From Terrimicrobiaceae bacterium (GTDB lineage: Bacteria > Verrucomicrobiota > Verrucomicrobiia > Chthoniobacterales > Terrimicrobiaceae), in NCBI GenBank assembly GCA_044347585.1, contig JBIKUM010000001.1, positions 1-35,309 of the forward strand: a stretch of 35,309 nt of DNA. The letters are read 5' to 3'. How positions within the stretch are numbered: the stretch's first letter is position 1; the number at the start of each line of letters is the position of its first letter. Below are positions 25,087 through 32,977 of this stretch, in pieces. Under the pieces are notes generated by a model. The model did not search any database. It had not been told where the DNA came from and saw nothing but the letters and a program-made list of their open reading frames with translations. The translations under genes and the position numbers were made by a program.

Positions 25087-26199
25087 TTAGGCCATTGAAA
25101 GGGCCTCCTCCATTCGGTTGCGAAATTTATCGACCGTGAATCTCTCTTCATAACGCCGTCTGCCGGCAGCGCCCATGGCTGCTCGCAAATCTGAATCCGA
25201 AATGAGGCGCTCCAAGCGCTCGGCAATAGATTGGGCATCCTTCGGAGCGACGAGAAAGCCTGTTTCGCCATCCACAACGATATCCGCAAGGCCGCGCCAA
25301 TTTGTTGCGACAACGGGAAGCCCAAACATCATGGCCTCCACAGCTACCAATCCAAAGGATTCCGCAGAATAATGTGTTGGGAAGCAGAAAATATCCGCTT
25401 CCGCATAAGCCTTCCATTTATTGTCGTCATAAAGCGGGCCGGTGAACTCAACAGTATCCTCAAGCTGATGGCGTTGAATAAACTCCGTGAAGATGTTTTC
25501 TTCCACCTTGGAGGCGGCTTTTCCTACAATTTTGCATCGAAAGGATACGCAATGCTGCTTCAATTTGGCGCAGGCTTCCAAAAAAATTCCTACGCCTTTC
25601 TCCTTGCTTACCATCCCACAAAAGAGGATTTCTGGCACATCATGAGTCGCGGAGCAATTCGGGGGATTTATGTCTTGAGGCTCGGGGATTCCATTAGGAA
25701 TTAAAGCAATATGCTTGGATTTTAGAAACTCACCATCCTTTCTCCCATAGTTCGAAATGACGACAGAAAGCGCAGGATTCCCGTAAGCCAGCCAGAAAGC
25801 TTTTTGTAACAGCCAAGGTAGCTGCGCGTAGAGATCAGCGAGACCATTGGCGTGAAAATGAAAAACAGTTTTTTTAAAAAGCCATCGCGTTCCAATGAGT
25901 AACACGCAATCACGCAGGAATGGCACCATGTTTGGACTTGCCGGAGGGTAGTAAAGAACCTGCGCGCCAGTCCGAAACCGAGCCATCACAATGCCAAAAA
26001 AAACCGCCAACAAATGAAAAATCTTTTTCCACCTGAAAACGCCAACGTCTTGGATATCATCCGAAAAAGCCATTCGCACATGGCGGAACTGAATTCGGGA
26101 ATATTCCCCTTCCAAAAGGAGTTGGTTCATCACGGATTGACCATGAAAAGGGGGGGGCGTTTGAGCAGTTGCGACGATTTTGGGAATTAACGCGGCCAT
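25087..26199 (-). CDS. GT4-family (GT-B) glycosyltransferase carrying a poly-C(8) tract at codons 15-17
   Basis: 370 aa. AESFGLVAVEAMMFGLPVVATNWRGLADIVVDGETGFLV. ATG 26199 overlaps the GT2 gene by 13 nt. Confidence 0.85.
   Translation of the reverse strand: MAALIPKIVATAQTPPPFHGQSVMNQLLLEGEYSRIQFRHVRMAFSDDIQDVGVFRWKKIFHLLAVFFGIVMARFRTGAQVLYYPPASPNMVPFLRDCVLLIGTRWLFKKTVFHFHANGLADLYAQLPWLLQKAFWLAYGNPALSVVISNYGRKDGEFLKSKHIALIPNGIPEPQDINPPNCSATHDVPEILFCGMVSKEKGVGIFLEACAKLKQHCVSFRCKIVGKAASKVEENIFTEFIQRHQLEDTVEFTGPLYDDNKWKAYAEADIFCFPTHYSAESFGLVAVEAMMFGLPVVATNWRGLADIVVDGETGFLVAPKDAQSIAERLERLISDSDLRAAMGAAGRRRYEERFTVDKFRNRMEEALSMA
26150..26157. repeat. Homopolymeric G8 (C8 on the coding strand) inside the 5' end of the GT4 gene
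   Basis: Counted directly in ...gaaaag gggggggcgt.... The coding strand reads acg ccc ccc cct ttt, giving TPPPF. Confidence 0.95.
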
Positions 26200-27158
26200 A
26201 ATCCTGACACGCTTACTCTCAGGGATTTATATCCAAAAGAAGTGTGGATTTTTGTATCCAGTTGAAAATTTTGATAGGCGCCAGCTAGGAATCGCCGCAA
26301 CCGGTTGTGGAGAATAACGAACGGCCTAAGCGCTCGCGGAGGCCGCCGCGTTTCCGCCCACCACTGGTCCAGTTCCTTGCAATTTTTGTCCGCACTGAGA
26401 TTTTGCCCAGTGAACGCATAGGCGGCCAGTGGCAATCGGCAGGCGTGGATGTTTTTTCGATTTACCAAAAAATGTTCCATCAAGACTGCATCACTTATAA
26501 CTTTCCAGCGCGGATTCAGTGGCGGATTCGGTAAGCTGGATTTTTTGAAAAACATGGCACAACTCAGCGAGTGCAGATGGTCCAAGCGCGTGTGCCAGAG
26601 GCTGGGAAGCATAATTCGCCTATAGCAAATTGGCTCCAAGGAATAATTAAGCAAAATTGCATCACCGAGCAACACATCCAACTTTGTTTGCTGCTGAAAA
26701 ACTTCCGCCACTTTGGAAAGAGTCTCGGGCAGATATTGCTCATCTGAGTTAAGCCATGCAAAAATCTCTCCACTGGAACGCGCGAGCCCACGATTGATCG
26801 CATCATACATTCCAGCGTCCTTCTCGCTGAAGATTTTGAGGGAGTAAGCGGGCCGCTCCTTTACGGCAGGATTTGAGTGTTGATGGCTCGTCTCTCGTCT
26901 CTTTTCGCTCGTCTCTTTCCGCTCACCAAATACAAGCTGACCATCACGGTAAAACGCAGCTCCCAATTCTCGCGCTAATTCCTCGATGCCGGGCGTTCCA
27001 GCGTCTTGAATGATGTGCTCGATGGTGAGGGTCGAGAGTCCAGCATCGAGCCTCGAGGGCGTGGCCACAGCTTGGTCCCGCACGCTTGCAATGCACAACC
27101 GCAACCAATCCAGTTGATTGAATGTCGGCGTGACGATACTGAAATCGGGATTATACAC
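26187..27158 (-). CDS. GT2-family glycosyltransferase
   Basis: 323 aa. N-terminal FSIVTPTFNQLDWLRLCIASVRDQ, then IQDAGTPG and NSDEQYLP (DxD-like). GTG start. Confidence 0.8.
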   Translation of the reverse strand: MYNPDFSIVTPTFNQLDWLRLCIASVRDQAVATPSRLDAGLSTLTIEHIIQDAGTPGIEELARELGAAFYRDGQLVFGERKETSEKRRETSHQHSNPAVKERPAYSLKIFSEKDAGMYDAINRGLARSSGEIFAWLNSDEQYLPETLSKVAEVFQQQTKLDVLLGDAILLNYSLEPICYRRIMLPSLWHTRLDHLHSLSCAMFFKKSSLPNPPLNPRWKVISDAVLMEHFLVNRKNIHACRLPLAAYAFTGQNLSADKNCKELDQWWAETRRPPRALRPFVILHNRLRRFLAGAYQNFQLDTKIHTSFGYKSLRVSVSGLWPR

Positions 27159-27319
27159 AGACGTGTGTTATGGAATTGTTTCCGTGCGCATGTCTAAAAG
27201 CGGAGAGCATGACGGCTTCTGTTAATCGGACATGCAAGCAAGTTTATCTCAGTGATAATTGAGGTTTGAAATGTAACCTATTGGAAAAACTATCGCCTAA
27301 GAAAATAGATTTATACTAA

Positions 27320-28525
27320 TTAAAGCGCTGAAAATTTGGGATTTGTATATTTTATAAAATTCGCCTTGAAGGCATTTTGGGAATGGTATTTGTTCCATAC
27401 TGTATGGTATTTTGCTAAGTAATCTGAACCTCGGACTAGGTGCAGTTTATGTAAAGCCTCTTTTAACTGAGAATAATTGGTTGTGCATACAGGCAAATTG
27501 TTTTTGATAAAATATCTTGGAATAGATGCGTAAGCAGGCCCATATACTAACATAGGAGAACCGGATATAAAATATTCTAATATTTTGCAAGAGAATGAAG
27601 TGGAAACTAAAATCTTTTCACTCTGGCAAAAACTATAAGGCAAGAAGCATGCTGCTGATTGAGACATGCGCACAATTCTCTCTTGAGATGAAAGATTTTG
27701 ATAAAAAATAAGATGGTCTTGATCGGGCAAGAGAGATAGTAGTGCCTCAGGAGAGTTATAACTCAGAACTTCTAACTTCCAGGGAGACATGCAAGTGGAT
27801 TTGGCGTTAAACTCGGCTATTGCTTCATAGAGATCTTTGAGTGCGCTAAGGTAGAGATAATTAAGACCTCCAATGAAAACAATGCTTCTTATTGGCCCAT
27901 TATTGCTTACAGGGATTGCTGGCGAAATTGGTGGATTCTGGCTTGGAAGTGGCAACCAATGAGCGTTACATCCATATTCATTTTTTAAAAAACCAACAAA
28001 TCCTTCTGAAATGGCAAAGACCGAACAACTATTTCTTAAAACGAGTGAAAGTGTTGGCCTTACCAAAAAGCGGAACCATTTTGGTTGATTGTATTCTGCG
28101 GAAGCCTCTATTTCATCAACTAAGTATATGTGTGTAGCAATCCTTAATTTTTGCAAAAGCAAGACATGTAGAAGGAACCAGTAATTGGCGCTACATAGTA
28201 TGAACCAATTTTTTTCCTTACAGAAACTATTCTTTGAAAAAATAATCCAAATCCCAAAAACGAGAAAATCTAATATGGAACCTAATAGTGGAAAGAATTT
28301 TTTTATTCCATAACCACTGACATCTGGATGAAGAACCAATCTGGTTCCTGCACTAGCATTGCGTATTGTTGTGCGGGAGATAGAGCGGCGGAATTTTCGG
28401 GTCAGAACGCAAGTAAACTGTTCCCCGATGGACTTAAGAATCTGAACGGCTATGCCATGATTTCCATGTCCTCCTTCCAATAGTGGTGGAGAATCGGTGT
28501 AGAATATCCATTGTTGTTGACTCAT
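27320..28525 (-). CDS. Hypothetical protein, possibly a divergent GT-B glycosyltransferase
   Basis: 401 aa and a solid ORF in the operon. The only recognisable pattern is the C-terminal SFSCKILEYFISGSPMLVYGP, which resembles the nucleotide-sugar-binding helix of GT-B enzymes. A hydrophobic segment lies near residues 75-130. Confidence 0.4.
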   Translation of the reverse strand: MSQQQWIFYTDSPPLLEGGHGNHGIAVQILKSIGEQFTCVLTRKFRRSISRTTIRNASAGTRLVLHPDVSGYGIKKFFPLLGSILDFLVFGIWIIFSKNSFCKEKNWFILCSANYWFLLHVLLLQKLRIATHIYLVDEIEASAEYNQPKWFRFLVRPTLSLVLRNSCSVFAISEGFVGFLKNEYGCNAHWLPLPSQNPPISPAIPVSNNGPIRSIVFIGGLNYLYLSALKDLYEAIAEFNAKSTCMSPWKLEVLSYNSPEALLSLLPDQDHLIFYQNLSSQERIVRMSQSAACFLPYSFCQSEKILVSTSFSCKILEYFISGSPMLVYGPAYASIPRYFIKNNLPVCTTNYSQLKEALHKLHLVRGSDYLAKYHTVWNKYHSQNAFKANFIKYTNPKFSAL

Positions 28526-28531
28526 AGGAAC

Positions 28532-29254
28532 TTAATTTTTTTGAGCGAAGAGGTAAAGTGAAGACCCCCAAAGCTGCACTCTCTGGCGAGAGGCCATCCA
28601 AACAAGTTGGGTCAAAATAATCTGCGCCAATCGCATGAGTGGCATTTTCCATGTATACCCATGGTAAATCCCTGGGATGGCATCATCGCAAAAACGAACA
28701 TCTTGAAAACCTTCCAATTGACATAAAATACGCAGACAGGTCGTTGTATAAGCCCAGACATGAGTGACATCATTATAGAGATTTAAGCCAACTAAAGGGC
28801 TGTCTGCATTGGGCCCCCTTAGCACCAACCAACCTCCCGGAGAAAGTCGACTATGGGCTATTTTTAAAAAACGAATAAAATTCTCTCTTTCAATATGCTC
28901 ATAGAAGTCTAATGCAATAATTGCCTGTAGGCTCTCCTCGGTGAAACGCTCCGTAAGGTCTGAAAGCGAGTCTGTATGGCGAATAGCAGGAGTAACATGC
29001 TGTGCGAAAGATGCTTCCTTTTCAGAAAAATCACTACCCTCCCTGTTTGTAAAACCCTGCTTGCGAAGCCAAAATTGAAGAATCCCAGGACCAGTTGCCG
29101 CCTCATAGATGCAGGCACTTTTGTCGCTCGGCAAAACGGGGCTAATAATCCTGTTAAAAACAACCTCATTTTCACAAGATAATCGTTCGACATCATTTGG
29201 CTCTTTAATTTTACGCGCTTCGGACTGTCGAGTGTAGAAGGAATTGGCTGTCAT
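28532..29254 (-). CDS. Class I SAM-dependent methyltransferase
   Basis: 240 aa. Motif I-like IYEAATGPG, then IIALDFYEHI and LSPGGWLVLRGPN. The ATG overlaps the FkbM stop (ATGA at 29251-29254). Confidence 0.7.
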   Translation of the reverse strand: MTANSFYTRQSEARKIKEPNDVERLSCENEVVFNRIISPVLPSDKSACIYEAATGPGILQFWLRKQGFTNREGSDFSEKEASFAQHVTPAIRHTDSLSDLTERFTEESLQAIIALDFYEHIERENFIRFLKIAHSRLSPGGWLVLRGPNADSPLVGLNLYNDVTHVWAYTTTCLRILCQLEGFQDVRFCDDAIPGIYHGYTWKMPLMRLAQIILTQLVWMASRQRVQLWGSSLYLFAQKN

Positions 29255-29982
29255 TTGCTAGAATCTTTTATAAATACGGCATCCAATGATATGACGGAGC
29301 CACTTTGATCAAAACCATGTTCCAATACGCCTTGAAATTGGAAGCCCGACTTAGCCAAGAGATGAACAATGTCAACAAATCGCGCTTGCTCGCGATATAA
29401 ACTTCCAACAATGACTTCGGTAATTACAACACTCGTCATCGCCAAGACATCTTTAGCCCCCTTCAAAACGCAGGTTTCATGCCCTTGAACGTCTAATTTC
29501 AGAAGAATATCTTCTTTTATAAGAGAATTAAACTTATTCAGCCAGTGATCAAGCGTTATACAGGAGACATGTTCTAAGCTTTTCTCTTGAGTTTCCGGAA
29601 ATAAGGTAAGCTCCTCAGCTGTGGATTCGTGTAGCGATGATGAAGAGGGATGATTAATATGGTGAAAAATTTGTCGATCTTCGCAGGTATCCGAGAGCGC
29701 GACCTGAAAAACATCCCATCGGTGACTATCCTTTGCAATGAGCTGTAGTTTTTTAAATGTGGATTCTACGGGTTCAAACGAATAGATAGAGGCCTTTGGA
29801 AAAAACTTGCGCGACCAGAGTGCAAACTGACCTTCGTTTGCTCCAGCATCTAAAATCGTCCGAATGTTGTAGCGCTGTGAAATGCCCAACAAGTTCTCAT
29901 TGGGAAGTTGCTGAACGGACTTGATTTGGTAGCCGAAAAGCCTTAAGAAACGATTAAAATTTTGTCTAAGTCTTGGTAGCAT
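29251..29982 (-). CDS. FkbM-family methyltransferase
   Basis: Track ORF (TTG 30015) trimmed to ATG 29982. ILDAGANEGQFALWSRKFFPKASIYSFEP is the FkbM signature. Confidence 0.8.
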   Translation of the reverse strand: MLPRLRQNFNRFLRLFGYQIKSVQQLPNENLLGISQRYNIRTILDAGANEGQFALWSRKFFPKASIYSFEPVESTFKKLQLIAKDSHRWDVFQVALSDTCEDRQIFHHINHPSSSSLHESTAEELTLFPETQEKSLEHVSCITLDHWLNKFNSLIKEDILLKLDVQGHETCVLKGAKDVLAMTSVVITEVIVGSLYREQARFVDIVHLLAKSGFQFQGVLEHGFDQSGSVISLDAVFIKDSSK

Positions 29983-31348
29983 TCTTGAAATGATGTTGAA
30001 GATGATTAAATTCAAAGAGGCTAACGCGATAGTTAAAACAAATTCCAGCTAGGAGTGGGGCGAGAGTTAACCCTAATAAACCCAAGTGCGGAGTGAGCAC
30101 TATTGATAGGCAAAGTGCCATCAAGCCAGTAAGTAGAGTTGAGAGCAGAAACGGATTGTGACCTGTTGCAAGAATTATTTGTGCTGCAAAACTTGAAATA
30201 CCAAGCACAACAAAGTCTAGCGTCAGAACCGCAAGTGCTGGGTCCTGAAGGTAGGATTGTTTGTGTAACAGAACTTTCGCCGCCATCGGGCTTAAAAAAT
30301 AAAATAATAATCCTGAAACAATAAAAGCTAATAATCCTAAGCGCATGACTTGAGATATTTTTGAAAAGGCATTTTTAAAATCTCGAGCGCCAACGAGGCG
30401 GGTTAGGAAGGGCAGCTGCGGAAGGCAAATTTGCATGATGACCAAATTGAGTGCCCCGGCAATTTTTTGTGCGACATAAAAGGGCGTCACACTCTCTGGA
30501 CCAATAATCATTCCAGAAATCGTCGGCTGGATCGTATAAATGAGTGAGGCAAATACGAGGACTCCACCAATGGGCAGTGCGCTTTTTGAGAGGAGGAGCA
30601 CTTGTTTCCAACACCCGCCATTTCTGCTAATCCAGTTTGCATTCACGGAATCCAATGAGCGCAGTGAATTCGGAACAAGATACCTAACTGCAATCCACTG
30701 CACAAACGCTGTTGCAAGAAATGAACAGCCCATTCCAATAAGACCTAAGCCTATACTGGCGGCAGCAACGGCCAGGCCGCCAGAAAGGAGGATCAGAGAT
30801 CCGGCGAGGGCTTTTGTTTTAAAAGTTAAGCCGAGCCCATTGACAAGCGCGGCGTGTCCGAGGCTGAGAATCTGCAGTGTGGCTGAAACAACCAATGCAT
30901 ACCAGCAAAGCCGAGCTTCCCAATCTTGGGGGGGTAATAGGCGACCGAAGTTTTGAATAAACTCAAAACCTATTGAACCGATCACTAAAACAACGAGTGC
31001 CGTTATGCGATACATTCGCATCATGATGTGGAACAAGCACGATACTCCGCCAAGGCCTGTCGGAAGACTTAAAAAACCACGCGACGGGCCTGTGTCATCA
31101 TCAACACCAAGCGTGAATGCTGCTTGTCGTGAAATAGCAAAACCAAATCCCATATCTAAAAGAGCAAGCATCGCTATCAATCCCTGAAAGGCAAACCACA
31201 CTCCTGCACGATCAGGGCCTAAATAGTGGATCGAAATTGGCACTAACAAAATAGCTGCCAGCATACTACTCCCCTGCTGGAAGAGCCCCGCAATAGCACC
31301 AGCCCGAGCAGGATGTTGCTTTACCCACATTTTTAAAAATTGGACCAC
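29966..31348 (-). CDS. wzx: Wzx-like polysaccharide flippase (MOP superfamily)
   Basis: 460 aa with about 12 or more hydrophobic helices and an N-terminus typical of oligosaccharide flippases. Candidate starts are GTG 31348 and ATG 31330. Confidence 0.7.
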   Translation of the reverse strand: MVQFLKMWVKQHPARAGAIAGLFQQGSSMLAAILLVPISIHYLGPDRAGVWFAFQGLIAMLALLDMGFGFAISRQAAFTLGVDDDTGPSRGFLSLPTGLGGVSCLFHIMMRMYRITALVVLVIGSIGFEFIQNFGRLLPPQDWEARLCWYALVVSATLQILSLGHAALVNGLGLTFKTKALAGSLILLSGGLAVAAASIGLGLIGMGCSFLATAFVQWIAVRYLVPNSLRSLDSVNANWISRNGGCWKQVLLLSKSALPIGGVLVFASLIYTIQPTISGMIIGPESVTPFYVAQKIAGALNLVIMQICLPQLPFLTRLVGARDFKNAFSKISQVMRLGLLAFIVSGLLFYFLSPMAAKVLLHKQSYLQDPALAVLTLDFVVLGISSFAAQIILATGHNPFLLSTLLTGLMALCLSIVLTPHLGLLGLTLAPLLAGICFNYRVSLFEFNHLQHHFKNATKT

Positions 31349-31351
31349 AGG

Positions 31352-32896
31352 CTACGACATTGCTCGCTGCGGTTCGAAAACAGAAGGCGAAAGCGCCGCA
31401 ATATTCGCCAATGTGGCGCTAAAAACCAAAGCTACTGTATTAAAAACACCGCCGCCGCCCAATATGAAAAGAGGTATGACTGTTATGGAAAAAATAAGCG
31501 AAACAAAAACTATGTCATAAGTAATTGATTTGTTTGTCCGGGCTATCTTCAAAATTTTAAAAATCGAGAGAATAAATCCAATTAAAGCTAAAGTATACAA
31601 CAATGTCCCGAAAACACCGACAGTGATCAGTAAATCAGTAATTCCACTATGCGTCGCACCGCGTCGCAGACCCACATCCATAGTTGAAAAAGGATCGCCA
31701 TATTTCAATACCATTAAATCCCTGTCGGTAAAAGCATGGACTCCGCGCCCAATAAGGAACTTGCGAGTATTTGATTGCCATTCCGTAATTGCGCGCATTG
31801 CCAGTGTCCACCGCCATAGGCTTGAGTTATCAATATCTCCTTTGGCATCTGGCATATCCATACCAGGAATCATAGCCAGGCTGCGCTGGATGCCAAATGG
31901 AACATAATCTCTATCGGTTTCATAGGCAATTCTAGCCCCAACAATTAGAAACACGAAAATCAAGAAAATAAGAGCAACGGCAGCAATTTTTCTTCTTATC
32001 ACCAAGCAAAGAAGCACCATAAATGCTGTGATAATTATAGTTGCCCTGCCCATGCTTAAAACTGCACCTACTATTCCAAGGAAAAGTAAAAGTCCCCACA
32101 AGATTTTTTGAGAGCCCACAGTGGCGCTTTTATTTCTGGAGGTAAGCATGGCAATACCAAAAAGCGAAACAAGAGGAGATAACATTCTTAGCGCATATAT
32201 ATTATCCGTTAAATTTATAATTGGAATATATAAAGCGGATGCACCAATCAACTCTCCAGTCACAATATCTTTTTCACCCACACCTATTACAAACGTTGAA
32301 TAAGCTCTCAAAATAATATTAAAAGTTATTCCGAATAAGAAAAATATTCCAATCCAAATATGGGGCTTTTTAATAGGCCGCAAGTATCGAATGAAAGAGG
32401 CCGTTGTCCATATCATGGCAAATGGTGCCCAAAATGAAAAATATTGCTTTGCAAGGTTTCCAACCGCAACCACAATTTCAGGTGAAGGGTAATAGTAAGT
32501 GAAGTAAGCGTGCGCCAAGAGAAAGAGCGTGAAAATAATGAAAGCCCTATTAAAAAAAACAAACGATGCAGAAATAGCATTCTCATTTGGCGCTTGATTC
32601 ACTTTTTTCCAAAAATTGGAGAAAATAAAACCACCAGCGAGTAGAACCGCCAGATGTTCTGGGGCCAAGGCAGGCCCTATCGGCTGTATATAAACACCTG
32701 AGCTAGCAATGGCCAGCGAAATGAAAATCCAATACTTATTTATAAACAAAGCATAAAATGCAAAAACCACTAGAGCGCAACAAAAAGCTAAATTAAAATA
32801 ATTTCCCTCAGCAACTTTCGATCCAATATATAGCGATGCAAGCAGTGATATCACTACGATAATTGAAGTGAGTATTTTAATACTATAGTTATTCAT
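31352..32896 (-). CDS. O-antigen polymerase/ligase-like (Wzy_C-type) membrane protein
   Basis: 514 aa, polytopic. The central segment LSMGRATIIITAFMVLL followed by a large loop resembles the Wzy/WaaL O-antigen ligase domain. Confidence 0.65.
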   Translation of the reverse strand: MNNYSIKILTSIIVVISLLASLYIGSKVAEGNYFNLAFCCALVVFAFYALFINKYWIFISLAIASSGVYIQPIGPALAPEHLAVLLAGGFIFSNFWKKVNQAPNENAISASFVFFNRAFIIFTLFLLAHAYFTYYYPSPEIVVAVGNLAKQYFSFWAPFAMIWTTASFIRYLRPIKKPHIWIGIFFLFGITFNIILRAYSTFVIGVGEKDIVTGELIGASALYIPIINLTDNIYALRMLSPLVSLFGIAMLTSRNKSATVGSQKILWGLLLFLGIVGAVLSMGRATIIITAFMVLLCLVIRRKIAAVALIFLIFVFLIVGARIAYETDRDYVPFGIQRSLAMIPGMDMPDAKGDIDNSSLWRWTLAMRAITEWQSNTRKFLIGRGVHAFTDRDLMVLKYGDPFSTMDVGLRRGATHSGITDLLITVGVFGTLLYTLALIGFILSIFKILKIARTNKSITYDIVFVSLIFSITVIPLFILGGGGVFNTVALVFSATLANIAALSPSVFEPQRAMS

Positions 32897-32977
32897 TTAT
32901 AAGCAGAATATTTAAATATTTTATTGATAAGTTTATACTTTAAAAATGAAGGTGGTTTTTAGCAAACAAAATAATAA

